Part shown: piece after piece, positions 39,652-50,190 of the stretch
How positions within the stretch are numbered: position 1 is the stretch's first letter
Layout of the letters: every line of letters begins with the position of its first letter
NCBI GenBank assembly: GCA_032718475.1
Contig: JAUCBJ010002800.1
Location: forward strand, 74,000-137,999
Origin: Nemertoderma westbladi
Lineage: Eukaryota; Animalia; Xenacoelomorpha
Direction of reading: 5' to 3'
DNA length: 64,000 nt
Notes under the pieces: model-generated
Database searches by the model: none
Told to the model about the DNA's origin: nothing
What the model saw: only the letters and a program-made list of their open reading frames with translations
Position numbers and translations under genes: made by a program

Positions 39652-42600
39652 ATGAGTCAGTCAGGTGACGCGACACCGACGCGGACCCCGGACGAAGACC
39701 TAACGATCCGCGAGGCCGCAACCAGGCGATACAGGCCCACAACGCCGGACCCATCGGTAACGGGTCATCCGGCAGTTCAGAACGAGGGGGGCCTGGAACC
39801 CGAGCTCGAACCAAGAGAAAGAGAGAGCGAGACAGAGGGAGACGGAGATGAGTCGACACGGGACGGAGATCGGCGCACCGATGTCGCCGGCCAGCTACAG
39901 GCCAAGGGCGACGAGCGGCCCACCGAAACGGCGACGGTGGGGCCGACAGTGCGACGCCGGACGCGAAGAGACGGAGGAGACATCGGTACCGATGTCGCCG
40001 GCCAGCTACAGGCCGAGGGCGACGGACGGCCCACCGGAACGGCGACGGTGGAGCCGCCGGTACGACATCGAACCCGGAGGGACGGAGGAGAGGTCGGCGA
40101 CGAGGACGTCGGGGTTTCAGAGCGACTTCGACGGGCCTACAACGCGACCCGGAAGCTGATGAAGGACGCCAAGAAGGAAGGGGCGAAGGTAGACGAGGTG
40201 AGACTGAGAAAGTGACTAGGTGAGTCGGATAGACACTTTAATTACCTAATACGTTTTGGGCAGAGAGAACTAGCCGAGGAGAGAGCAAAAGGGGTTGCCG
40301 GCGAACTGTTTGAACTATGGGAGTGTGGGAGTATGGAACCTAGCGTAGCGTCAGTGTACATAGGGCCATACTTGGTCGATGCCCGGGGAGCAAAATTAGT
40401 GGGTTGGAGGGGACCCGAGGGGGGCGGATCCGAGGTTAACCCCGAGGATTCGGCCTCGTCGGTCGGAGAAAGTTCCGGGAAGCGGGGGAAAGTTAGTAGG
40501 TCGGGAAGGCGGAGGGGGTCCGCTGTAACCGATAAGTCTGCTACATCCTCCGCGAAAGAAAGAGTGGTGAGAGAGATAGGTGCCGCATACCGAGAACAAG
40601 GTCAGAGGGAAATGGAGGAACGGTTGGAGGAGGGGAGAGTGCGGTTAGCGAGGGAAGCGGCATTGATTAGAGAAACCGGAGAGAGGGCCGAAAGGGCTTT
40701 GAGAAGCCTTAGGGAGTGTGAGGAAATAGAAGAAAAGGAGTGTAGGGAGCGTGAGGCGAGGGAGGATAGGGAACGCAAAGAGCGTGAGGCGAGGGAGGAT
40801 AGGGAACGCAAAGAGCGTGAGGCGGAACACAAGGAACGTGAGGCGAGGGAGGATAGGGAACGCAAAGAGCGTGAGGCGGAACGCAAGGAATATGAGGCAA
40901 GAAGGGAAAAGGAACGCAAGGAGCGCGAGGTGAGACGAAGGGAGAGCATTAGGAGTGTAGCGGAGTCGGCCGCCCGGGACACCCAGGAGTGTGAGAGGAG
41001 AATGGGAGAGGCCGAACGAGAGCAAAAGGAATTAAAAAGACGCCAGAATGTGCTTGCGGAAGATAAGATTAGACGGGCGCACGAGTTGCAACTGGTGCAA
41101 GCGTCGCCGTCTGAAAGCGGGGCCGGCTCGAGTGTTTTTGGGGAGCCGGGGGCCGTAGATACATTTATTGATACCCCACTGACAGGGACCGCACGACAGA
41201 CTCAAAACTGGTGCGACCTACGGGCGGGGGGGGGGGGGGGGGTAATAATGATAATGGTACAGTAGACGTGGTTAATATTAATAGTACCGTATGGGACAAC
41301 TCTAATCAAACCTTTATTGCAGGAAATACTTTACCTGGTGGTAGTAATTTAAATTTAAATCAGAACGTCCCTAGTATTAATGTAGGAAATAATTATAATA
41401 TTAGTGTAGCTACGCAAAATAATCCAATTAATCAAAGTAATAACCCAAATTCGAACTTACAAAATAATTTAAATAACGCGATTACGCAGAATAATCCAAA
41501 TAATTTAAATAATGATCCAAGCCCGAGTTTACAAAATAATTCAGATAGTGTAGTCGCGCAATATAATCCAAGTGATTTTGTCTCGAACGGACAAATTAAT
41601 TCCGTTTCCAATACGGGTGCTATTAATGTAAATACGTCGGGCGTGTGTGGTCAGACAGACGAGGGCCTGGTAGGCCACGTAGTTGATAGGCAGGGAGTGG
41701 CTGGGTTAGGTAGACCCAGCGAGGGCCTGGTAGGCCACGCAGTTGGTAGGCAGGGAGTGGCTGGGTTAGGTAGACCCAGCGAGGGCCTGGTAGGCCACAT
41801 AGTTGGTAGGCAGGGAGTAGAGGGCCTGGTAGGCCACGCAATAGCAGAGGGTGAGGCGGGGGTGAATAGACCCGACCGCGGTAGACTTGATGCGTCGACT
41901 GGAGAGGGATATAGTAGCGGGGTGAGGAGTAGCGAAGTTAGATGTGGCGAATGGGGGGGGGGGGCTACGAGAACCCCACAACAGCGAATTAGCGGCGAAA
42001 GGGGGGGGGGGCAGAGAGTGTCCCACAGCCGTCAGCGGATAATGCGAGGGCCGAAATAGGTAAACCGCAACAACCGGCGACGGAAAGTAATAGGGGGATT
42101 GCGGATATCCCCAGCGGCGTGCGACCGAGCAGAGAGAGACGGGTTGATGTCGCGAGAGGGCGGACGAAGCGTCGAGCCCGATCAGAGGAAGGAAGAAGAA
42201 CAGTGGGGTTTAACCGGGAGGTCGACGAGAGATCTCACGAGCGGGAATATTCCACTGATAGGAGAAGAAAGGAAGACAGTAGTAGAAGTATCGCCGCGAA
42301 CGATAGAAGAGCGAGGACGGATAGCGAGCCGTCGATAGTCGAGATGAGAACGGAGAGTCAGTGGGGTCGGACTCCGGGAGATTGCCGTCGCCCCGGAGGG
42401 ATGCGACCCGGCGAGGCGCACTACGCGCCGAGAGAGGGGTACGCGATGTACCGGCACGAAGATGAGAACAGTAGAGAGGGGGGTCGAAGAGAAACTTTCC
42501 GACGGAATACACCTATCGATCCAGAATACGGTAGCCGCGGGGAGGATTATTCGAGAAGAATAAACTTCAATCCCGAGCGACACATGCAGACTGTAGGACA

Positions 42601-42970
42601 TACTGTAGGCCTTACTGCACATACCATAGGCCATACTGAGAGAGGCAATGTAGGCGATAGGATGGCGTGGACAACGGGATTAAACCCGGAAGTCGCGGAA
42701 TACATACCGGCGAGTAGGTCAGAAGCTGATAGGCCTATACCGGTACCAGCACAGCAGTATGACTACAGCATGCAGGGACATAACATATACCCAGGGGAGG
42801 GGGGAATTATTGCGGATAGGTGTATGGGCCCCAACATATTAACATCAACCCCAGTACCAAACATACCGGTGGGGGGGGGGGGGGGGACAGGGTGACATTC
42901 CCCCATCACAATATCAACAATATACCCCGATAGGAGCAAGAACAACGAGACCCTTAGATGAAAACAGGTC
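39652..42970 (+). pseudogene. Element A gag-region frame (low-complexity, coiled-coil and Asn-rich N-terminal part), broken by a TGA and by frameshifts at poly-G tracts
   Basis: 39652-40215 and 40333-41265 share a frame separated only by TGA 40213-40215. Later frame changes lie near G-runs at ~41226, ~41953, ~42001 and ~42871. No capsid or zinc-knuckle part is visible before the jump to pol. Confidence 0.6.
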
Positions 42971-44952
42971 GTGTGACACAGAGATATGGAGTTCCCAAGT
43001 TAGAATTGACAGCTGCGAGACTAGGAGTAAGAGCCACAGCCTACCTAGTGGATACTATTCCCAACATAGTGGAGACACACTACTGGACGGACTCCATGGT
43101 AGTGCTTGGTTGGCTACACAACGAAAAGACGAGATACCCGATATTCGTCGTGAATAGAGTGGACGAAATAAGGGCGGGCACAGAACTGGAAAGGTGGCAC
43201 TACTGCCCAACAGACGAGAACCCAGCGGACTTGCTGTCGAGGGGCGTGGAACGCCACACTTTCCTGAAGAAGGAAGTATTGTGGCAACATGGGCCACAAT
43301 TTCTAAGTGATAGGGAGGCCTGGCCGCCGATGAGGAAGGTGGACCCGGGCTCGGAAGTAGTATCAGAAGGAGAAGAGGGAGATTCAGAGGGAGAAGAGAT
43401 ATACTCCCAGATGGTGAGGGAGATTAGGGACGTGCAACCAGGAAGGGAACTGTGTGATAACCCAACGGATAAACTCCTCAGCTACAGTTCTAGTTGGTAT
43501 AAGACCAAGAAACTAGTGGCGTATTGGAGAGCCTTCGGGAATATCCTTGCGGGAGTCGGCAAGGACAAGAAGATCAGGACAACCATAGATCTGGAAGGAG
43601 CGGCCAAGGCAGTGATCCGCTATGAACAACGGAAGAACTACGGCGACGAGGTGGAACGCGTCGGTAACCAACAGCACCTCCGACGGGACAGCGAGCTGAT
43701 AACGCTGTCGCCACAACTCAATGACGACGGGATTCTAGTAATGAATTCTAGGGTGGGATACAACAACAGCATAGTGGTACCACCGAAACCCATCATCATT
43801 CCTACAGGATCGCCAATAGTCCACCAGATTATATGGGACTCCCACAAATCGATACTGCATGGGGGCACCAACCGAACCCTCACAGAGATAAGGAGGACCT
43901 ATTGGGTCAAACAATTAAGGAAGAAGGTTAAAGCGGTAGTGGGGCAGTGCCAGACCTGCCGACGAGCGAAGAAGGAACGAGCCGTACAGGAGATGGCGCC
44001 ACTACCGGCGAGTAGGGTAAGACAGCACGACCCGCCATTTACGCATTGCGGTGTGGACATGTTCGGGCCGATAAAGATCAAAGTGATGCGACACACGGAG
44101 AAACGCTACGGCATTATCTTCGTATGCAACAATACGCGGGCGGTAGGGATAGAACTCGCCCAAGATGCAACCGCATCAGCGTTCATTAACGCCTTAGAAA
44201 GGTTTAGGGACCGCAAAGGTGGGACGATCGCAGTGATATACAGCGACAACGGCACCAACTTTGTGGGCGCAGAGAGTGAGATGGCAGAGGGCTTGGACAT
44301 CTTGGAGGGAGAAGAAGTCAGGGCAGCCATGAGACGACGACAAGTAAAGTGGGAGAGAAGGACGCCGTGTGCACCACATACACTAGGATGCGTCGAGAGA
44401 CTGGTGGGCAGTTCAAAGCGTCTAATGACGAAGCTAATGAACACCCACATGGTCACTGAGGACGTTTTACGGACAGTACTTGCGAAGTGCGAGGGGATCA
44501 TTAATAGCAGACCGCTATATCCGGAGAATGATGACCCTGAGTCGTTAGACGTGCTGACGCCTAGCCATTTCCTGATGGAAAGGCCAGCGACCATCGATAT
44601 GCGGGGTGTAGACCCAGATGACATACACTCCCGCCAAAGTTGGAAAGTCGCTAAAGCAATAAGCGCAGAGTATTGGAGGAGGTGGGTCGAGGAATACCTA
44701 CCCACGCTCCATAAGCGAAGCAAGTGGAGGAAGCCGAACAGGGAGTTAAGAGAGGGAGATCTCGTAATCGTCACGGACGATACTATCATCAACAACCAAT
44801 GGCGGTTGGCGAGAGTTGTAGGCACCTACTCCGACGAGGACGGAAGAGTCCGATCGGTAGAAGTGCGAATAGGTGGAAAGATAGGTGCGAAGGACAGAAA
44901 AACTTACAGGAGAGCTGTAGGGAAATGCTGTCTTCTAGAAGGGGCACCTTAG
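42958..44952 (+). CDS. BEL/Pao pol C-terminal part: RNase H end, integrase zinc finger and core, DUF5641-like tail
   Basis: PKLELTAA, YWTDSMVVLGW, FVVNRV, NPADLLSRG, H..HGG...C..C, GVDMFGP, SDNGTNFVGA, GCVERL, INSRPL, LTPSHFL and W.LARV. Confidence 0.95.
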   Translation: MKTGRVTQRYGVPKLELTAARLGVRATAYLVDTIPNIVETHYWTDSMVVLGWLHNEKTRYPIFVVNRVDEIRAGTELERWHYCPTDENPADLLSRGVERHTFLKKEVLWQHGPQFLSDREAWPPMRKVDPGSEVVSEGEEGDSEGEEIYSQMVREIRDVQPGRELCDNPTDKLLSYSSSWYKTKKLVAYWRAFGNILAGVGKDKKIRTTIDLEGAAKAVIRYEQRKNYGDEVERVGNQQHLRRDSELITLSPQLNDDGILVMNSRVGYNNSIVVPPKPIIIPTGSPIVHQIIWDSHKSILHGGTNRTLTEIRRTYWVKQLRKKVKAVVGQCQTCRRAKKERAVQEMAPLPASRVRQHDPPFTHCGVDMFGPIKIKVMRHTEKRYGIIFVCNNTRAVGIELAQDATASAFINALERFRDRKGGTIAVIYSDNGTNFVGAESEMAEGLDILEGEEVRAAMRRRQVKWERRTPCAPHTLGCVERLVGSSKRLMTKLMNTHMVTEDVLRTVLAKCEGIINSRPLYPENDDPESLDVLTPSHFLMERPATIDMRGVDPDDIHSRQSWKVAKAISAEYWRRWVEEYLPTLHKRSKWRKPNRELREGDLVIVTDDTIINNQWRLARVVGTYSDEDGRVRSVEVRIGGKIGAKDRKTYRRAVGKCCLLEGAP

Positions 44953-45084
44953 AAGTGGAGTTAGTGCGTAGTTTAGTCATCCAAGTTTTGGACTGAGGGG
45001 GGTGGGATTGAGGGCGAGACGCCCTTCCCACAAACAAAATAATAAAAATAAAATAAAAAATAGTACATGGTAGGTACGCAGTTA

Positions 45085-45905
45085 GTAGGCAGAAGGTACG
45101 TTGTACCTAGTTAGTCAGTAGGTACGTAGTACCTAGAGTTAGTTAGTTAGTTAATAGGTACGTAGTACCTAGAGTTAGTTAGAGAGTTAGTAGGTACGTA
45201 GTACCTAGTTAGAGAATTAGTAGGTACGTAGTACCTAGTTAGAGAGTTAGTAGGTACGTAGTACCTAGTTAGAGAGTTAGTAGGTACGTAGTACCAAGTT
45301 AGAGAATTAGTAGGTACGTAGTACCTAGTTAGAGAGTTAGTAGGTACGTAGTACCTAGAGTTAGTTAGTTAGTTAATAGGTACGTAGTACCTAGAGTTAG
45401 TTAGAGAGTTAGTAGGTACGTAGTACCTAGTTAGAGAATTAGTAGGTACGTAGTACCTAGTTAGAGAGTTAGTAGGTACGTAGTACCGATAGTTAGTTAG
45501 AAAAGTTAGAGGGTACGTAGTACCAATAGTTAGTTAGAAAGTTAGAGGGTACGTAGTACCGATAGTTAGAGAGTTAGAGGGTACGTAGTACCGATAGTTA
45601 GAGAGTTAGAGGGTACGTAGTACCGATAGTTAGAGAGTTAGAGGGTACGTAGTACCGATAGTTAGAGAGTTAGAGGGTACGTAGTACCAATAGTTAGTTA
45701 GAGAGTTAGAGGGTATGTAGTACCAATAGTTAGTTAGAGAGTTAGAGGGTACGTAGTACCAATAGTTAGTTAGAAAGTTAGAGGGTACGTAGTACCGATA
45801 ATTAGAGAGTTAGAGGGTACGTAGTACCGATAGTTAGAGAGTTAGAGGGTACGTAGTACCGATAGTTAGTTGGAGAGTTAAAGGGTACGTAGTACCATTA
45901 GTTAG
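45085..45905. repeat. ~28-32-bp tandem repeat inside element A with core GGTACGTAGTACC
   Basis: About 25-28 units, e.g. AGTTAGTAGGTACGTAGTACCTAGTTAGAG, between pol and the extra ORF. Confidence 0.93.
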
Positions 45906-46400
45906 AGAGAGAGAGAGTAAGAGGTAGAAGGGTATATAAGATATAGATATTAGTTAGCAGTAAGTAGCGTTAGTAGCGAGAAGGGGGGCATATGAGTACA
46001 GCTGGGTAAATCGTGTGGCCACACGATGTATACTGCTGTACTGCATAGACCCACAGAGTAGGCCAGAATGTGGATTAGAGAATAGAATAATCCATAGACA
46101 GTAGTAAGTAGTAGGACAGTAGAATCGAAATAGAAAAATAAATAAAATAGGGCTAAAAATTGTAGAATAGTGGCAACACAAGGGAAGTTATTCTGGAACA
46201 TAATAAAAGTAACGGACAGATATCGAAATTAGGGTGTATTTACTAGCTTCAAAATTAATTAGGAATAATTTAGGTTAAAAGGCGCAGTTAAGTAGGAAGT
46301 AGGCCATTATCGAACTGTACAGAACATCCTAGATACATCACTCATCTGTATTGCGCCTTGGTAAGGCACCACCTTGCAGGTGAGCGAGTGAACATTCGGA

Positions 46401-48950
46401 ATGGCGAGTAAGTTGATCAGAAAGAGAAAGGCGGAGTCAGGAGGAAAGGAGATACTCGTGGATTTCACCGAGAGACATCCGGAAGAGAAGACGAGAGGAT
46501 ACTACGAGAGGTTGGAAAGGGGTCACGCGGCACGAGCGCTGCAGGATCACTTCCGGGAAGCGCACGAACAGCGGCTGGTCGGGACCTACAGGACCCCGTC
46601 GCTAGACAACGCGATCTTCCAACACTTCCACTACGTGGTGAAAGGGGACGAGGCGAAGTTCGGGATTCCGAAATACCCGAGGGAATCACCGAGGAAGGAC
46701 TGGAAGAGATTCATAGAGTCCGTCAACAGAGGAGGATATATGATCCTAGATGACGAGGGAACCGTGGAAGACGAGGCGGGTTCGAGACGAGGAACGGCAG
46801 GGTCGGCCAGGACCATACTCCTACATTTGGCCGCGCCAAATGGGGACATCTTCTTATTCGACCTAGGGACGTATGGGAAGAAGGACGGGCCGAAATTAGA
46901 CCGATTACCGAAAGCAGTACAGGTCTTAGTAAGAGAGAAGTCGACGACGAAAGTGGGATCGGCGATTCGCGAGGACGCGGAGAGGATCATCGGTCCGGAC
47001 GCCACCAACCTCCTGGATATGCAGAAGGTCTTTATGGCCATGACGGCACCGGATGGATTGGGGGTAGTCGAAAACACAGGCCAATGCGGGGCCGTGGCGA
47101 TGGGCCAATTATTGGGGCTCGTATGCCACAAACCGATGGAGTGGGGGAAGTTTAGGGAAGAATACGGAGCAGAACTAGCGAACTCGCTAAAGTGGGGAGC
47201 GAGACCGGGAAAGCAGGAGGTATATCAGTTCCGCAGGGGAGCGATAAAGGTATATCAGAAGCGATATATCCTGCAGGAGGACTGGATAATGATAAGTTTG
47301 CTTAACTTATTCATGACCGTGATTATCGAGAGGGAACCAGGGGCATTTCTGTTATCGGGATCATCCCTAAGCTACAGGAGAGCCTTTAAAGTGGCCTTTG
47401 ACGGTCTGGTAGACCACCCGGGGCTGAAGGGCGAGTCGGTGTACTACAACAGCCGACATCTGGTAGACGGGGAGACAGATACACCGTATCAGAGATGGGA
47501 GCAGCTAGAGATGGATAGACGAGAAGCAAAGCGACTGGAAGAAGTCGCTAGACGGGAGAGGATAGAAGCAGAAGAGAGGGAAGAGGAGGCCAGGGCACAG
47601 AGTTACGGCTTCGAGGAACAGGCGGGCCTAGACGAACTTCATTGGACTTCGTCAGGGAGTTCGGGGGAGTCTCTAGGGCGAGAATTGGGATGGACGGTGG
47701 GATCGCCAAAACAGTCGACGTCAGGGTTGCAAACGATGCCCATACCAGCGGGAGCCGAGGGCGACCAACCGCCAAGGAAGTTAAGGGAGCTAGAGGGATG
47801 GAGAGCTACGGGCGAGAGCCAAGGCGGGAAGGGACATAGTGGATCCATCGGGATACCGGGATTGGAGACACTACCAGAAGAGGAGGACGACGACGACGAG
47901 TTCGGAGAGATGCCGCCCATCGAGAGGATAGGCCACTCGGACACGGACTGGGTTGGCGGAAGGGTGGTGACGGCCAGTGGGGCGAGGGCCTTCTGGAACA
48001 GATCCGGCAAGCGGACCTGGGTGCACGAGGAGCCGGCGATGGATTTCGCGGGGAGCACCATCAGGTTGGGCGAGCAACCGGGGACGGCACCACGGATAGT
48101 ATTCGGGGAGACGATGCCCGAGAGGGGCGGAGAGATCGACGTAAACAGGGAGACCAACGTAGAGAAGTTCGCCTACCAGCGACTCCACAGACTGCGGAGA
48201 TCGCTTGGGACGAAAGACGAGGTGGGACGGGAGACATTGGTACTCGGCTGCGACTACTGTGGGAGACAGACCCATCGGAAAAGCAGCTGTCTATACCGGT
48301 TCCAAAAGGGAACCTTTTGTCTCTACTATAGAGAACCAAGCCACAGGATGGGGGCGTGTCCACGGTTGCATAACCGATGTCCAAAGTGCCACTTTCGGGG
48401 ACACTACGGACGCGAGTGCGACTGGATGAACGACGAGGAGAAGTTCACGAGATTCGAGGAGTGGGCCGACGTCGGGGCCATGACGCGCCAGCGCATGAAG
48501 GCCCAGGAGTTCAAGTGGGGTTTCTTCCTTATCAATCAGGAGACTCACATGGAAATCATAAAGCGGAGGCTACCGTTTACCTACCAAGAGGTAGCAACGG
48601 CGGCGTCGTACGCTGGAGTGATGAACACGCAAAGGTATCTGGACAGGTGGACGCCAGAGAACCGAAGGGAGTTTAGGGATTTCTTGGCGGAGCACGTACC
48701 AAAGGCAATGAAAATGATCCTATGGGACGCCACTAGAGGGAGACAACCGGGCCATTCTGAGGGGCCACCGGCGAAGCGATATCGGGCACTAATAACACCA
48801 GCGCCCAAGGAGCCAACGACCGGGATCAGCAAGGAAGTGGCGGCGAAGGTCCGAAAGCAGAAAGCGGATGATGCCAGAGGAACGGTGATAACCAAGAAAC
48901 GGCCCAGGGAAGAGGACACCAGGGGGAACTACCCCCGGAGGAACAGATAG
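46401..48950 (+). CDS. Extra ORF of element A: DEDDy-like 3'-5' exonuclease domain + CCHC-type zinc knuckles + basic tail (849 aa, intact)
   Basis: ILDDEG (ExoI), LPKAVQVLVREKSTTKVGSAIREDA (ExoII), LLDMQ and YILQE (ExoIII-like). Knuckles CDYCGRQTHRKSSC and CPKCHFRGHYGREC. Confidence 0.75.
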   Translation: MASKLIRKRKAESGGKEILVDFTERHPEEKTRGYYERLERGHAARALQDHFREAHEQRLVGTYRTPSLDNAIFQHFHYVVKGDEAKFGIPKYPRESPRKDWKRFIESVNRGGYMILDDEGTVEDEAGSRRGTAGSARTILLHLAAPNGDIFLFDLGTYGKKDGPKLDRLPKAVQVLVREKSTTKVGSAIREDAERIIGPDATNLLDMQKVFMAMTAPDGLGVVENTGQCGAVAMGQLLGLVCHKPMEWGKFREEYGAELANSLKWGARPGKQEVYQFRRGAIKVYQKRYILQEDWIMISLLNLFMTVIIEREPGAFLLSGSSLSYRRAFKVAFDGLVDHPGLKGESVYYNSRHLVDGETDTPYQRWEQLEMDRREAKRLEEVARRERIEAEEREEEARAQSYGFEEQAGLDELHWTSSGSSGESLGRELGWTVGSPKQSTSGLQTMPIPAGAEGDQPPRKLRELEGWRATGESQGGKGHSGSIGIPGLETLPEEEDDDDEFGEMPPIERIGHSDTDWVGGRVVTASGARAFWNRSGKRTWVHEEPAMDFAGSTIRLGEQPGTAPRIVFGETMPERGGEIDVNRETNVEKFAYQRLHRLRRSLGTKDEVGRETLVLGCDYCGRQTHRKSSCLYRFQKGTFCLYYREPSHRMGACPRLHNRCPKCHFRGHYGRECDWMNDEEKFTRFEEWADVGAMTRQRMKAQEFKWGFFLINQETHMEIIKRRLPFTYQEVATAASYAGVMNTQRYLDRWTPENRREFRDFLAEHVPKAMKMILWDATRGRQPGHSEGPPAKRYRALITPAPKEPTTGISKEVAAKVRKQKADDARGTVITKKRPREEDTRGNYPRRNR

Positions 48951-49649
48951 GTTCCCAGAGTCGAGGGAGAGAGACTGGGACTTGGATGTGGTACGCCTGG
49001 CAGGCGCCGCGCGGGATGTACGAACTATTAAGTACAAATTCAATTAATGCAAAATAATCATATAAGTGCAATTTGTATGTACGTACGTAGTAATTAGTAA
49101 TCTAGAAATATACATACGTTCGGAGTAAGTACTATAGTCATACAACCTTTCTCAATTAGCTACTGGGACTGGGGGATAATTGACTATGGCACTATGGACG
49201 AGACACCAGACAATTTCACACTTCTTGAGTGCGACGGCACGAGAGGGGGGGGAGATTCGTCAGAAGGGAAGAGGCAGTCGAAGTGAGGTTGAGGGACGGA
49301 ACAATAGTGCGGAGTGCGGAGAGAGTGCGGACGCAATTCTAGTGTGGGGGGGAGAATAAGAGGCTGAGCGAGGGACGAGGAGGTCCGAGTGTGAGAGAGT
49401 TAGGGTGAGAGTGGAGGTGAGATAGGGCGGAAGTGTTGGGGAAACAAAAGTTGCGTGAAAGGTGAGCGCGATCGGCCCGACATGAGACGCCAGGCACACA
49501 GGGTAGCGTTATCATACCCATAGGGGGCGGCCTGGAAAGCCGACCCCGAGAGAAAAGAATTCCACCCCACACCCGATACTAGATCGGGATCCAGCGGGAT
49601 TGTAGCGCACTTTTAGGTTGATGCTATCTTCTTACCGGGAAGATAGCAT

Positions 49650-49658
49650 GGGGGGGAG
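49650..49658 (+). promoter_or_regulatory. Polypurine tract of element A
   Basis: GGGGGGGAG immediately before the 3' LTR TG. Confidence 0.85.
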
Positions 49659-50190
49659 TGTTAGCTTATCCAATCCCGCTAACACCCCATAAAGTTGTAA
49701 GCCGATAAGCAATATTGGGAGCCACGAGATTGGGCAATTAACCAACTTGTGCCATCCCAATAAGAGTGGGAAGGAAGCACACAATAGAGGGTCAGGGGCC
49801 AAACCCCTAACCCAGAGAGAACAGGTGGAGTGAACGGGAACACTCCACGGGGCGCCAACAAGGGTAACAACCAATCAGAGGGGGGCAAGGCATCGATTGA
49901 GTAGAGCAATAAGGCCACCGTGCAATATAACCAGTAACACAATGTCAGTAATTCAGTTATCTCAGTGCAGTGTAGGTTAGTTAGTTTAGATAGGGGAGCA
50001 CGGGACTTTAGTTACCGTATCCCGCCTTCCATATATTATACTACAGTCATCATATCTATATCTTATACCCATCAATTATTATACACCGAATATCAGAACT
50101 CATTCACTATTTCCGTTTACTCTTTATACACGGCGGGGACGCGTAAACTAAACACCGGATAAATCGGGATCCCTCCTGGATCCCGTCACA
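49659..50190 (+). repeat. 3' LTR of element A
   Basis: Near-identical to 39055-39585 and followed by TSD GTTTA. Confidence 0.97.

Larger units (their letters stand above)
39055..50190 (+). mobile_element. BEL/Pao element A: LTR-bounded and internally deleted (no protease/RT), with integrase and extra exonuclease ORF
   Basis: LTRs 39055-39585 and 49659-50190 (TG...CA; I see 2 substitutions and 1 indel). 5-bp TSD GTTTA at 39050-39054 and 50191-50195. PPT at 49650-49658. Confidence 0.95.

Noticed and set aside
46401-48950. env gene
   Set aside because: It occupies the env position but shows no signal peptide, transmembrane helix or glycoprotein character; it has nuclease-like and zinc-knuckle motifs instead.
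50186-50190. Natural stop of the 688-aa ORF
   Set aside because: The stop is supplied by the inserted LTR of element A; the real end is at 38916.
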